From: an uncultured Verrucomicrobiales bacterium
GTDB taxonomy: Bacteria; Verrucomicrobiota; Verrucomicrobiia; Verrucomicrobiales; DEV007
Reading direction: 5' to 3'
DNA: 36,561 bases
Assembly: GCA_938091905.1 (NCBI GenBank)
Contig: CALKOM010000028.1
Span: forward strand, 1 to 36,561
In this document: positions 18,494-29,168 of the stretch, piece by piece
Layout of the letters: every line of letters begins with the position of its first letter
Numbering within the stretch: the stretch's first letter is position 1
Notes under the pieces: model-generated
Told to the model about the DNA's origin: nothing
Database searches by the model: none
What the model saw: only the letters and a program-made list of their open reading frames with translations
Translations under genes and position numbers: made by a program

Positions 18494-20044
18494 ATGTCCA
18501 AAGCCAAATCCAGTTCTGATAACGCGCGTAATGTGCTCATGGACAAGATCGTGAGCCTCTGCAAGCGCCGTGGATTCGTTTTCCAGTCCAGCGAAATCTA
18601 TGGTGGTTTGAATGGCTGTTGGGACTACGGCCCTCTTGGCGCTGAACTGAAGAAGAATCTCAAGGACTACTGGTGGACGCGTATGGTGCGGGACCGCGAT
18701 GATGTGGTCGGCATGGATGGTGCGATCCTCCAAAACCGACGTGTCTGGGAGGCAAGTGGCCATGTGGGCACGTTTAGCGACCCGCTGGTCGACTGTAAGG
18801 AGACCAAGGCCCGCTTTCGAGCTGACCAGATCTTTTATGCATCTGCCGTTATCGGTGGTGAGTCGCACGGTTATGTGTCCGTGACGGAATCTCCCACCAT
18901 GGCGGAAGAAGCCGAGCAGAAGATTCGAAAGATTCAGAAGAAGGGCGGAATCAAAGGCGAGATTGCTGCTCTCGAAATGAAGCCGCTCATGGAGGCGACA
19001 CCGGAAGAGCATGCGCTGATTCCGAGCCCGAATTCGACCGAGCCAGGAACGCTGACTGAGCCACGAGAATTCAATCTGATGTTCAAGACCTATGTCGGAC
19101 CGGTGGAGAATGACTCTAATGTGACGTATCTGCGTCCTGAGACCGCCCAGGCTATCTTTGTGCAGTTCAAGAACGTCTGCGATTCTTCACGAATCAAGAT
19201 CCCTTTCGGCATCGCGCAGATTGGCAAGGCATTTCGGAATGAGATTAACCCTCGCAATTTCACTTTCCGCTCCCGCGAGTTTGAGCAGATGGAGATTGAG
19301 TATTTCTGTCGTCCCGAAGAAGGCTTGCCCCTGCTGAAGGAGTGGCTGGAAACCCGTCTCAAGTTTTACGAAGAGATCGGTATCCCGCGTGAGAAGCTGC
19401 ACATCCTCGATGTTCCAGAGAAAGAACGCGCTCATTACTCGGGTGGCACCTACGACATCGAGTATGAATTCCCATTTGGCATCCAGGAGTTGGAAGGTGT
19501 GGCTTACCGCACCAACTATGACCTGACAAAGCATCAGGAGCATAGCGGGAAAACATTGGAGTACATTGATCAGGCCACGAATGAGAAGTTCATCCCTCAT
19601 GTCGTTGAGCCGAGTGCTGGCGTGGATCGCACGGTGTTGGCGGTAATTTGTGAGGCCTTCGATGAGGAGACAATCACCAACGAGAAAGGCAAAGAAGAGG
19701 TTCGCACGGTCTTGCGCTTCTCTCCTCGCATGGCGCCGATCAAATGTGGCATCTTCCCATTGCTGAAGAACAAGCCTGAGCTCGTCGCGAAAGCGCGCGA
19801 GGTGCAGGAAGTGCTTCGCCCACACATGAATGTCTTCTATGACGAAGGTGGCGCGGTCGGACGGCGCTATCGTCGTCAGGATGAGATCGGCACGCCATTC
19901 TGCGTCACCATCGATTTCGATACGATCGGTGAGAATGGCCCTGAAGCGGAAGACACTGTTACCGTGCGCGAACGCGATGCCATGACCCAAGAGCGAATTA
20001 AGATTGCTGACCTTCTCACCTATCTCTTAGAACGAGTCCGTTAG
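18494..20044 (+). CDS. glyQS: Glycine--tRNA ligase, alpha2 (eukaryote/archaea-like) type
   Basis: LCKRRGF..SEIYGG, WEASGH, LRPETAQ, FRNEI..FRSREFEQME, EPSAGVDR, and anticodon domain GRRYRRQDEIGTPF. Confidence 0.97.
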   Translation: MSKAKSSSDNARNVLMDKIVSLCKRRGFVFQSSEIYGGLNGCWDYGPLGAELKKNLKDYWWTRMVRDRDDVVGMDGAILQNRRVWEASGHVGTFSDPLVDCKETKARFRADQIFYASAVIGGESHGYVSVTESPTMAEEAEQKIRKIQKKGGIKGEIAALEMKPLMEATPEEHALIPSPNSTEPGTLTEPREFNLMFKTYVGPVENDSNVTYLRPETAQAIFVQFKNVCDSSRIKIPFGIAQIGKAFRNEINPRNFTFRSREFEQMEIEYFCRPEEGLPLLKEWLETRLKFYEEIGIPREKLHILDVPEKERAHYSGGTYDIEYEFPFGIQELEGVAYRTNYDLTKHQEHSGKTLEYIDQATNEKFIPHVVEPSAGVDRTVLAVICEAFDEETITNEKGKEEVRTVLRFSPRMAPIKCGIFPLLKNKPELVAKAREVQEVLRPHMNVFYDEGGAVGRRYRRQDEIGTPFCVTIDFDTIGENGPEAEDTVTVRERDAMTQERIKIADLLTYLLERVR

Positions 20045-20048
20045 ACTT

Positions 20049-20813
20049 ATGAGCACGGAGACGGCAGAAGAGGAATACAAGGTCAGGCTCGATATTTTTG
20101 AGGGTCCGTTAGACCTTCTCCTTTACCTGATCAAAAAAGACGAGCTCGATATCTATAGCATCTCGATCGAGCGGATCACTAAGCAGTACTTGGAGTACAT
20201 CAACACTTTCAAGATGCTCAATATCGATCTCGCGAGTGAGTTCGTCGTCATGGCGGCAAATCTGATGTATCTCAAGAGCCGCACGCTCTTGCCCAAGCCG
20301 GAGCAGCCACCTGAAGAAGATGCGGAGGAAGATGATCCACGTTGGGATCTCATTCGGCAGCTGGTTGAATACAAGAAATTCAAGGATGCTGCCAATTACC
20401 TAGGACAGTGTGAGATGGAGCAGGGGGAACTCTTTGAGAGTATCCCGGAGGTAATCAAGTTCCCGCAGGGGCCGCCGCCGCCGCCGAATGTGAGTATCTT
20501 TGATCTCATTCGGGCCTTCCAGAACGTCCTCAAACGTTTCCAAGAAGAGCTCGAGCTCGGTGAGATCAAGGATGACCCGTTCACGGTCAGTGATAAGATC
20601 GAGTACTTGCTTGAGCGTTTTGAGCCTGGCGTGGCCATGCCTTTCCTTAGCCTCTTCGATGAAGCCACTTCACGCACCGAAGTGATTGTGACCTTCCTTG
20701 CCATGCTCGAGCTGATTCGTCTTAAGCAATTCCGCTTCGAGCAAGCGAATCCGTTAGGCGATATCGAGGTTATTCGAAAGGAAGTCGCCGAGCGTGGGAT
20801 CGCGGATATCTAG
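20049..20813 (+). CDS. scpA: Segregation and condensation protein A (SMC kleisin)
   Basis: FEGPLDLLLYLI, ITKQYLEY, ASEFVVMAA..LKSRTLLP, LVEYKKFK and VTFLAMLEL. Confidence 0.95.
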   Translation: MSTETAEEEYKVRLDIFEGPLDLLLYLIKKDELDIYSISIERITKQYLEYINTFKMLNIDLASEFVVMAANLMYLKSRTLLPKPEQPPEEDAEEDDPRWDLIRQLVEYKKFKDAANYLGQCEMEQGELFESIPEVIKFPQGPPPPPNVSIFDLIRAFQNVLKRFQEELELGEIKDDPFTVSDKIEYLLERFEPGVAMPFLSLFDEATSRTEVIVTFLAMLELIRLKQFRFEQANPLGDIEVIRKEVAERGIADI

Positions 20814-20824
20814 AGCGCTTTCGT

Positions 20825-22081
20825 TTACCCGAGCGTTTCCCAGCCTTCGCGATAGGCGCGTTTCCACAAAGGCGTTTCTTGCCCGATTACGTCCTTCCAC
20901 GATTGCGCTTTGCTGCGCTCTAGAGTGTCGTTCTGGCGGTAGGCGATGTTGCCCAGATGACATAGCATGGTGCTCCTTTGAGCATCGGCGATGGGGGCGT
21001 TCAGTGGGCTGCCCTCTCGGATCGCATCGATGAAGTTCTTGAAGTGATAGACATCACCAAAGTCGGATTCGACGGTTTCAGTTACTTTGCCCTTGAGATC
21101 GAAGGTCTCATAGCCGCCACGTCCAAAAGCCATGGTGCCGCCCTCACCGTAGAACGCGATGAAAGGATGGTTCTCATGCCTTCGTGGATGACAACTACTA
21201 CCATGCCAACTCGCGCCGCAGTTTCCAAAGTCGAACACGGCATCGCCGGTGTCGGGTGTCTCTTGGTCGTCGTCGAAATGATAGCGCCCGCCCACATAGC
21301 CTACCTTAAGCGGCGAGTCGACCTCGAGCCCCCAACGGGCGAGGTCAAGTGCGTGTACACCGTTATTTCCTAACTCGCCATTGCCCCAATGCCAGTGCCA
21401 ATGCCAGTCGTAGTGCACCAGGTTGTCTTTGTAAGGACGCACCGGGACCGGGCCCTGCCATTGATCGTAATCTAACCACTCGGGAACCGGACCTTCTACC
21501 CCTTTGCCAATGCTCCCTCGTGCATTGTCATACCAACAACGCGCGTAAGTGACTTTCCCGATAGCACCTTCCCGAAGATTGGTCATGCCACGAATAATCG
21601 ACGGTACGCTGCGATATTGGTTGCCCATTTGCACGAGCTTCTTGGTCTCTTTCGCTACGGCAACCATCTTGGTCGCTTCGTGGGGATTGTGGCTCCCAGG
21701 TTTCTCTACATAAACGTGCTTCCCGGCTTGGCATGCCAGGATTGTGGCTGGGGCATGCCAGAAATTGGGTGTCGCGATGGAAAGGACATCGACGGAATCG
21801 TCTTCCAGAATCTTGCGGAAGTCAGTGACCGCCTGAGGTTTCAGCTTCTGCTTTCCTTCCACATGTTTGGCGGCCGATTCTAACCTTCGGGTGTCGACAT
21901 CGCAGACATAAGCAATCTCGACGCCTGGCACCTGGAGAAATGCCTTGATGTGGGCCATCCCGCGGCTCAGTCCCATGACGCCGACGCGGACTCGGTTGGA
22001 AGGGGGCTCCTGACCGCGAGCGATCGTTGTCGAAAGGGTCGTCAGGGCAGAAGCGTGGAGGAAGGTGCGGCGCGATGTCAT
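20825..22081 (-). CDS. Tat-exported Gfo/Idh/MocA family oxidoreductase
   Basis: SRRTFL twin-arginine signal, ATPNFWHA, GKHVYVEKP and GELGNNGVHALD. Confidence 0.92.
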   Translation of the reverse strand: MTSRRTFLHASALTTLSTTIARGQEPPSNRVRVGVMGLSRGMAHIKAFLQVPGVEIAYVCDVDTRRLESAAKHVEGKQKLKPQAVTDFRKILEDDSVDVLSIATPNFWHAPATILACQAGKHVYVEKPGSHNPHEATKMVAVAKETKKLVQMGNQYRSVPSIIRGMTNLREGAIGKVTYARCWYDNARGSIGKGVEGPVPEWLDYDQWQGPVPVRPYKDNLVHYDWHWHWHWGNGELGNNGVHALDLARWGLEVDSPLKVGYVGGRYHFDDDQETPDTGDAVFDFGNCGASWHGSSCHPRRHENHPFIAFYGEGGTMAFGRGGYETFDLKGKVTETVESDFGDVYHFKNFIDAIREGSPLNAPIADAQRSTMLCHLGNIAYRQNDTLERSKAQSWKDVIGQETPLWKRAYREGWETLG

Positions 22082-22126
22082 AGCGGAACCGAACCTACCG
22101 AATTCGAAATGAACTGACCAGAAAGA

Positions 22127-24220
22127 TCAGTCCTTCGCGAGGAAGCGAACGGCATCGACCACAACATAGCCGTCCGTCTGCCTGTTGGTGATCGTGACCG
22201 TGGCTGGTGCTTTCTCAGAGAACTTATACTCTCCCAAAGACACAAAGGCGCTGTCGATGGGTGGTGACTTCCGCTCATTCACGGTAACCACCGTCGTGCC
22301 TATTGTGCTCTCGATAGTCGCCGGCACATTGGTCGCACGATTGGCATCGGGAGTGTAACCGAATTGGACTTCGTAGGTGCCAGACTTTGGCAGGGTCGTC
22401 TGAAAGGTGAAGGTCGCCATGCCATCGGCCTTGTTGTCGTCGTGACGGTAGCCACTGCCGATGAAGGGCGCGTTTGCTGTGCTCCACTTCCAATACCCGG
22501 TGGCTTTCGCTTGGGCATCATCGATAACTACGCCGTCGAGAGCCTTGGAATCGATTCTTCGTGAACTCGTTTTCCGAGGTGGTGAGCTGTAATCGAGCAC
22601 TTGTCCGTCTTTCTCTAATTGCGCGCGCAGGCCATCATACGGGACGTCTTGGACGGCACTGGCATCATCAATTGCTATGGCTGCGGCCGTGCCTGCGCTT
22701 TGCCCGAGGATCATGAAGACGGGCTCCATCCGGATCGATCCAAAGGCAATATGTGAACTGCTCACGCAGATCGTCACGAGTAGATTCTCGCATTGTTCTT
22801 TCTTGGGCACCAAGGAACCATAGGCGATCTGGTAGGGCGGGCATTTCACGCCAATGTCACCCTCGTTCTGGACATAGCCTTCTGGCGTGATGTAGCGTTG
22901 CGTGTTGTGGGAATCGATCGTGTAGCTGCCCATGCCTACGGCGTCGGGCGTTTCTTCGCGTTGGAGAAGCTGGTTCTCGGTCATGACAAACTTGCCAATC
23001 ATTCGACGCGCTTCACGCACATAGATCTGATGAGGCCAGTGGCCGTTGTCCGTGAACTCATCTTTAGGCAGGCCCCAAGTCTTGAATTTCTCTTGGATGT
23101 CCTTTGGAACACGCGGGTCCGTGCAGTGAAACCATAGCCAGCCTTTCTGATAGGTTTGGTGTTCTTTGAGGATCTCCCGCCGATGCTTATAGCTTGCTTC
23201 GGGATAGGCGTAATTGAAACCGATGTTGTCCGTGCTCATAGGACCGTGATTGTTCGTGTCGGTCTTGTGATTTGGAATTGGATCAAACTTGTCGTAGGTT
23301 TCCTCCCAACCGGCCTCGTAGATGCGTCCCAGTAGTTCGTATTGGCCTGGATCATAACCTTCTGGCTCTGAAAACGGAATGCGGTTCTTGGGATCATTGG
23401 TTAGGCACATCCGGTAACAGTAGGCTTGCACCTTCTTGTCACCCTCATGCCGGTTTCCCGGATGCTCAGCCGAAATTCTTGGCAATACCCCACTGTTAGG
23501 ATCGCCTGGTATCATATACGGACTGATCGGCTTGGGCACCGCGCCGAAATGGTGGCGATGATGCAAGACTGTTGTTTGGACGCCATTCCACTCCTCGCCG
23601 TAGACTTCCCGTCCTTCGCGACCTACATGGTAGTCGATCCCTGCTGCTGCCATCAGATCGCCCTCATAGGTCGCATCAATAAACATCTTCCCGGTATAGG
23701 TCTTCCCGCTGAGCATGGTGATAGAAACGATGTTGCCGCCTTCCTTTGTCACGCCGTGGACACGGTCCAACCACTCGTCACGATACACAGGAATCTTGAA
23801 TTCCCTGACATAGTCTTCATAAACTTTCTCTGCGATGCGGGGCTCGAAGATCCACATCGTGCGATTCTTCCCATCGATCGCAGGTGTCCCTTGCCCCTTT
23901 CCGCCATACTCGGATTTCTTCTGAACTGTCCACGTCTCGTCCTTCTGATATTCCTTCCAAATGCGATGATAGAAGTCTCGGGCCAGCCCACCAATGACTG
24001 CCTTGTTTCCCGTATCCGTCCAGCCTAGGCCGCCACTGGTGAGGCCGCCAAGGTGTTTGTCAGGACCAACGATGGCGACCGACTTGCCCATCTTCTTCGC
24101 TTGGACTGCTGAGATGACCCCAGCGGAAGTCCCGCCATAGACCACGAGATCGTAGGACTGATCGGCGTGTGCTGTGAGTAGGGAAGCGGCTGTTGCGTGG
24201 AGTATGAGTGCTTTGATCAT
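22127..24220 (-). CDS. Secreted FAD-dependent oxidoreductase with C-terminal golvesin/xanthan-lyase CBM-like domain
   Basis: VVYGGTSAG, GGLTSGGLG, FIDATYEGDL, YVREARR and SHIAFGSIRMEP. The C-terminal domain reads VIDD..GYRHD..NRATNVP..VVVDAVRF. Confidence 0.9.
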   Translation of the reverse strand: MIKALILHATAASLLTAHADQSYDLVVYGGTSAGVISAVQAKKMGKSVAIVGPDKHLGGLTSGGLGWTDTGNKAVIGGLARDFYHRIWKEYQKDETWTVQKKSEYGGKGQGTPAIDGKNRTMWIFEPRIAEKVYEDYVREFKIPVYRDEWLDRVHGVTKEGGNIVSITMLSGKTYTGKMFIDATYEGDLMAAAGIDYHVGREGREVYGEEWNGVQTTVLHHRHHFGAVPKPISPYMIPGDPNSGVLPRISAEHPGNRHEGDKKVQAYCYRMCLTNDPKNRIPFSEPEGYDPGQYELLGRIYEAGWEETYDKFDPIPNHKTDTNNHGPMSTDNIGFNYAYPEASYKHRREILKEHQTYQKGWLWFHCTDPRVPKDIQEKFKTWGLPKDEFTDNGHWPHQIYVREARRMIGKFVMTENQLLQREETPDAVGMGSYTIDSHNTQRYITPEGYVQNEGDIGVKCPPYQIAYGSLVPKKEQCENLLVTICVSSSHIAFGSIRMEPVFMILGQSAGTAAAIAIDDASAVQDVPYDGLRAQLEKDGQVLDYSSPPRKTSSRRIDSKALDGVVIDDAQAKATGYWKWSTANAPFIGSGYRHDDNKADGMATFTFQTTLPKSGTYEVQFGYTPDANRATNVPATIESTIGTTVVTVNERKSPPIDSAFVSLGEYKFSEKAPATVTITNRQTDGYVVVDAVRFLAKD

Positions 24221-24592
24221 TGGGACGAGAAAGTGGAGTGCGCTTCTAGATGATTGGTCATGGCATGATGAATAGAAAGACCCGATTGCCGTGGTATGAA
24301 CTGATGATTTCGGGGTGCAAGAAATGGTGTTCTTTCGCAGTCACGGTAGTGTCGATGACATGGAATTTCGTCGTCTACTTACTCGTTTCTTCGTGACTGA
24401 CGGTTTCTTGTGCTGTCAGAACGATAGAGCGGCACGTTGCAATTAATAAGGTCAGTATCCGTGTGATGTGATCATTCTTGCAAGCCCCTGGCAAACGTAG
24501 CAGCCGCGATCTGTATCGTTCCTGTCTGACGAGATGCTTGAGCGGGTTGCTCAGTCCTCAGCCAATCTCGACGATATCACTTCCGATGGGTT

Positions 24593-24787
24593 GTGCAACG
24601 TGCGCGAAACGAATGGACGGACTTGCTTGAGGTCTACGAGGAGGACCTGGGGTGTCTCAACTTCTGGATCCCGAGAGAAGACCTCCCTCGTCAGCGATTC
24701 GAGCGTGTTTGGATCAGTCTCGGATTCAGTAAGAATGCCGTACTGAGAAATGTTTGGATTCAAGGGGCTCGGAGGAGTCTGCTTTGA
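24593..24787 (+). pseudogene. Remnant resembling the C-terminus of a YwqG/DUF1963 family protein
   Basis: EWTDLLEV..DLGCLNFWIPREDLPRQRFERVW matches the remembered family tail (W..LL..D.G.LYFWI..EDL....F..VW). No intact upstream frame. Confidence 0.5.
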
Positions 24788-24802
24788 AGGGTAGCCACGG
24801 TT

Positions 24803-26683
24803 TCATGGTTGAGTCACCCAACGCAAATTGCTAAACTCAGGCCTGTTGCCGGACCAGTTTGCGCCAACGGTGCGTTTCTGATCTTGGCCGTTCCCACGCA
24901 GGCGAAGTGTTTCTTTTGCGCCCAAGCGAAGTTCTTTAATGCCCTCCCATCGCGTCAGAGGCGATCCAGCGGCATCTGTAAAATTTGCTGGCGTTAGGGT
25001 GATCGGTTGCCACTTCGATTGACCGGTGAGTTGTACCTCGGTGGCATGTTGGTCGATCCCAACGACCAGGCGATTGGCTTTCTCCGACCGCACCTCAAAC
25101 GCGAGCGCCCCGTTCTCTGGCGCCGCCCATTGCTCATCGTAGACCTTGTGGGTACTCCTCGCCCACTCCTCTGGCTTGTAGGTGAACCATTCCTTCTCCC
25201 AGTCGCCTTCGAAGGATTCAATGAGAGAGGTTGGCTCTATACTAGCAAGAATGCCAGCGGTTAAAAGTTGCTCGGGCCTGACCAGGTGGACTACGGATGA
25301 AAGATTGACAGATTCTGCGGTATAAAGTCCGTAGTAATAGCCGGCACCCGTTTGTGGTGCGTCAATTGCGTAGAGCACGTTGGCGTATGCCCAAAGGGGC
25401 TTCGAGGTGCTTGTTAGGCGGAGGTTTGCGGTCCAGGTATCACCCTCTTTGGAAGTTTTCGCGGACCGCCAGAAACGATTCTTCGTGTTGTCGTGATTGT
25501 TCTTCTCGCCTCCTAATTTCCCATGTTGGGTGTAGTAGATGGAGACAGAAAGAATCTCTCTAGACGTGTCTGGCGTGACTCGAATCGTGGGGGTCCTTGC
25601 CTCCGTTTTTAACGTGAGTTCGGTTATGGGTGTTCGCGGAAATCTGAACGTTTTCTTGAGCTGCTGATCAAACCAGAGCAATCCAGCGATCTGATATTCC
25701 GCGGTGTCTTGATGATTGCTATGGGGCGAGCACGTCACCCTCCATTCTTGGCTTGCGATTTCATTCACTGCCTTCGGAAGATCATTGAGGCGTCCGTGAA
25801 AGTCATTTGATGGACTGAGAAAGATGATCGGGCACTCAATATGCTGTAGGTTCACGTCATCGGCGATCGTGTTGTTATAAAGGGGAATGTCTGTGGAACG
25901 ATTGCTTATGCCCCCGCAGGACGGTGCGGCTGCTTTGATGCGTTTGTCAGCTGCGGCGGTCATCACGGCGAGTTTACCACCCATAGAATGGCCATACACT
26001 CCGAGTTTCTTACGGTCGACTTCCGACTGTTCTTCGAGAAAGGTGATAGCACGACGCGCACCTAAGGTGCAAAGAAACCACGGGTTGTTTCGTGGAGAAT
26101 CGACTTCATCCAACGTCCATTCCGCTGGCGAGACATGGGCAAAAGCATTTCTCGGATTCCTGCAGGGGGCATGATAGGCATCGAGCGGGCCCCAGTCCGT
26201 GGTGACTTTGTAATTTGGGTGATCTCTAGCGTCATCCCAGAATAGCTTCACTTCCTTTGGAGTGACGTTGTAGTCTGGCGCATGGATTCGGCCTGCCCAT
26301 GCGATGGAGATGGTTGCATAACCACGTTTAGCATTGGTGAGCACCGCACGGTAGTCCGCATACTGGCCACCGCCGTGAATCTGTAGCAACCCTGGCAGAC
26401 TCATGGCGCCCTTGGGGTAGCCATAGATGGCTGCCATCATCGCTTTCTGACCTTTGAAGATGCCAATGCGATAGCGCAGGACTCTCAAGATGACGTTTTC
26501 CTCTTCCCATTCCTTGAGGACCTCGACCTCCAGCGGCTCTGCCTGTGGATCAAAGCCAGCCCACATTTCCCCGAGGGATTGCGGAGCAGTTTCGTTAACG
26601 AGTGGCGGAAGGGATTCTTTGGCCTGGCAAATTAGATAGGGTAATGATAGAAAGCCTAAAAAGCAGATGGGAAGAGATCTCAT
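24803..26683 (-). CDS. Secreted alpha/beta-hydrolase (dienelactone hydrolase/esterase-like) with C-terminal beta-sandwich domain
   Basis: Signal peptide, QIHGGGQ, nucleophile elbow GHSMGG, candidate Asp (SNDFHG) and His (HSNHQD). Confidence 0.85.
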   Translation of the reverse strand: MRSLPICFLGFLSLPYLICQAKESLPPLVNETAPQSLGEMWAGFDPQAEPLEVEVLKEWEEENVILRVLRYRIGIFKGQKAMMAAIYGYPKGAMSLPGLLQIHGGGQYADYRAVLTNAKRGYATISIAWAGRIHAPDYNVTPKEVKLFWDDARDHPNYKVTTDWGPLDAYHAPCRNPRNAFAHVSPAEWTLDEVDSPRNNPWFLCTLGARRAITFLEEQSEVDRKKLGVYGHSMGGKLAVMTAAADKRIKAAAPSCGGISNRSTDIPLYNNTIADDVNLQHIECPIIFLSPSNDFHGRLNDLPKAVNEIASQEWRVTCSPHSNHQDTAEYQIAGLLWFDQQLKKTFRFPRTPITELTLKTEARTPTIRVTPDTSREILSVSIYYTQHGKLGGEKNNHDNTKNRFWRSAKTSKEGDTWTANLRLTSTSKPLWAYANVLYAIDAPQTGAGYYYGLYTAESVNLSSVVHLVRPEQLLTAGILASIEPTSLIESFEGDWEKEWFTYKPEEWARSTHKVYDEQWAAPENGALAFEVRSEKANRLVVGIDQHATEVQLTGQSKWQPITLTPANFTDAAGSPLTRWEGIKELRLGAKETLRLRGNGQDQKRTVGANWSGNRPEFSNLRWVTQP

Positions 26684-26693
26684 CGTCGATCAA

Positions 26694-27503
26694 TCAAGAT
26701 ATGGGCTCTTCCTCTTTCTGTGCAGCATCGAGATGATCGCGAATCTTGGAAGACAAGGCGTTCTTTCCTGCTACGGCCAACTTATCGGCAAGCGTTAGGC
26801 TGAAATCGACCACCTGGAGACGCGCCCAACCGCTGGTGTTGTCGACAAGCTTGAGCAGTCCCGGCACAGCCTCAGCGTCGGCCATCATGGCGAGAGCCCA
26901 TGCGGTGGCGAGTCGGATGGTTTCGCTTTTATGACTGAGATGTTTGCGAACGGCGGCAGCGGACGGTGCATCCTGAAATGATCCTAAAGCTTGGAGGGCA
27001 GTTAGGAGATGCTTCTCGGATGAGGCAGCCTTGGCCAGAGTTGCCCGAAATTGCCCGAGACTGGCATCACCCCCAATAGCCTGTAGAGCCTGGGCTGCGT
27101 ATTCCCAGTTCTCTTCGTCGAGCAAGAACGCGCCAATCACAGGGACACTGGAGTCGTTTCCGCACAGCTGAAGTTGGCGTAAGAGATAGCCTTTGATGGA
27201 TGCTGGGTAGTCCTCTTGTAGCTCTGAGCACAGCGTTTCGCGTAACAGCTTACGTTGAACTTGTTTCTCGGGCTTCCCCGCATGCATTACAAGCCCATGG
27301 ATAACGTAGCGAGGCTTGTAATCGGTGCCGTCATCTATCACTTGAAGCATCCCGACGACTTGTCGAATGCTGTCCGCCCCCTGATTCAACAAGGTATCGT
27401 AGATCTTGGCACTCTCAGGCCAGGGCGCTCCATCTACTTTGCCGTACTCGTCCAAATCTGGCGTCTCGTTCACCAGGGCAATAATCTCTGCTGTCGGTTT
27501 CAT
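26694..27503 (-). CDS. HEAT-repeat protein
   Basis: Helical repeats LLRQLQLCG, AAQALQAIGG, ALQALG and IRLATAWALA. Confidence 0.8.
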   Translation of the reverse strand: MKPTAEIIALVNETPDLDEYGKVDGAPWPESAKIYDTLLNQGADSIRQVVGMLQVIDDGTDYKPRYVIHGLVMHAGKPEKQVQRKLLRETLCSELQEDYPASIKGYLLRQLQLCGNDSSVPVIGAFLLDEENWEYAAQALQAIGGDASLGQFRATLAKAASSEKHLLTALQALGSFQDAPSAAAVRKHLSHKSETIRLATAWALAMMADAEAVPGLLKLVDNTSGWARLQVVDFSLTLADKLAVAGKNALSSKIRDHLDAAQKEEEPIS

Positions 27504-27524
27504 AATTGAGTTTCCCAGTGATTG

Positions 27525-28769
27525 TTAGAAGGGGAGATGCCAGGGAGCTCGCATCGGTGGATTCACCAGGCGATTGGCCTGTTCGTCGCCGATGATCTCC
27601 TCCTTGATTGGATCGTACTTGATCTTGCGTCCTGTGCGGATGGAGATGTTTGCGAGATGAAGAAGTGTGGCGCAGCGGTGAGCGGCTTCGGCATGCCCTC
27701 CGGCTTGCTGTCGGGTCTTGACTGCTTCAGGAAAGCTAACCAACGGTTCCGGATCTGGCATGGCGGCAATCTTTGCTTGGTCTTCTTGTGATAGGTCTTG
27801 TAGGGAGAGACCGCGTGCTTTTCTGCGAGTGTAAGGATCGCCCCATTCATCACTTTCCATCACGAGGGTTAAGCCATCGGCATACTTCATCTCGATCCAC
27901 CCCCACATGGCGCAAAGTTCGGGATGGGCTGGCGGCGCATGAGCTTCGATCTCTACTGGACTGGTGTGGTCTTTGGCATAAGTCCACTGAAAGGGGTCTA
28001 ACGAATGCTGCGCCATGTCAGCCAAGCCTCCTCCTTCGTAGTCCCAGTAGTTGCGGTGTGTGCCTCCCGTGCGTTGCCTCACATAAGACTTCATTGGCGA
28101 AGGACCTACGTAGAGATCCCAGTTCAGATTTTCCGGCGGCTCCGTTGGTGTAAGGTCTGCCCGCCCGCTCCATTGCTTGACCTTGAGACCGCCCTTGTGG
28201 TGATACACCACTGGGCAAGGATCAAGCAATCCACTGCTCATGATCTTGTGTCTGAGAATACTGCCCTTCTTTCGACTAACACCGAATCTACCGAAGGTGC
28301 CGATTTGAAAAATACGATTGTATCGCTTGAATGTCTCTACGACAGCTCGTCCTTCAGCGATAAAGCGCGTCATGGGTTTCTCGCAAACGACATCTTTCCC
28401 GGCCGCTGCCGCTGCCATGGAGATGAGCGCATGCCAATGAGGTGGTGTGGCAATGGCCACAACATCGATGTCCTTTCGCTCTAGAAGGCGGCGGAAATCC
28501 GAGTAAACCGTCTTGTTATCCTCCTGTCCTACGTACTTCACGTCGCACTTTGCCAGCATTTGTACATTATCGCCCAGCCGTTTGAATGTGCCCGGCCCTC
28601 GCCCGCCAGCCCCGATGAGTGCTCCTCCTAGGGTTTCACTGGGCGGTGGTACCTTGCCTTGACCACTGACAACATGGCTTGGAACGATTGTGAAACCCGC
28701 AGAAGCGGTAGCCGTCTTCTTGATGAATTGTCTGCGAGACGCGTTGCTAGGAGATTGAGATGGTTCCAT
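27525..28769 (-). CDS. Tat-exported Gfo/Idh/MocA family oxidoreductase
   Basis: SRRQFIK signal, IGAGGRG, IATPPHWHA, GKDVVCEKP, GGGLADMAQHSLD and terminal RAPW. Confidence 0.92.
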   Translation of the reverse strand: MEPSQSPSNASRRQFIKKTATASAGFTIVPSHVVSGQGKVPPPSETLGGALIGAGGRGPGTFKRLGDNVQMLAKCDVKYVGQEDNKTVYSDFRRLLERKDIDVVAIATPPHWHALISMAAAAAGKDVVCEKPMTRFIAEGRAVVETFKRYNRIFQIGTFGRFGVSRKKGSILRHKIMSSGLLDPCPVVYHHKGGLKVKQWSGRADLTPTEPPENLNWDLYVGPSPMKSYVRQRTGGTHRNYWDYEGGGLADMAQHSLDPFQWTYAKDHTSPVEIEAHAPPAHPELCAMWGWIEMKYADGLTLVMESDEWGDPYTRRKARGLSLQDLSQEDQAKIAAMPDPEPLVSFPEAVKTRQQAGGHAEAAHRCATLLHLANISIRTGRKIKYDPIKEEIIGDEQANRLVNPPMRAPWHLPF

Positions 28770-28902
28770 AAATGAAGGCTATCAGAACGAACTTCCATCG
28801 ACCCATCAAAAAAAACGATGAAGCGAAGACTTTGGAAGCTACGGTATTCTCGCTCAATGATTCGACCGCACCACGAGTCCTGAAAAGAGGAAAGATGAAA
28901 CC

Positions 28903-29103
28903 ATGAGTGAACCCTCTCTACTGAAAATGGATCCCGAAGAAGTGATCGGTCATGCAACGATGGCCATGGTTATAGCCTCTAATGAGGCGCGTTGCCTCGC
29001 TGAAGAGAAGGACATGAAATTCATCGCGCGACCAGCAGACATGTTTGTGTATGAACCGAAGCCGATGGAGTCTTGTATGGTGCGTGAGGGACAGAAGGAT
29101 TGA
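28903..29103 (+). CDS. Hypothetical small protein
   Basis: 66-aa ORF filling the gap between two minus-strand genes, with plausible composition. No family recognised. Confidence 0.4.
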   Translation: MSEPSLLKMDPEEVIGHATMAMVIASNEARCLAEEKDMKFIARPADMFVYEPKPMESCMVREGQKD

Positions 29104-29168
29104 CGATTCTTGAGACGTCTCAGGTTGTCTGTACGGCCTGTTCCTTACGTAATTTCGTTGATGGCTGG

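Noticed and set aside
20049..20813. scpA without adjacent scpB as an anomaly
   Set aside because: The two genes can be unlinked, and this cannot be judged from one window.
29111..29122. Perfect palindrome TGAGACGTCTCA
   Set aside because: A single 12-bp palindrome between convergent genes is expected by chance in 36 kb and has no U-tract.
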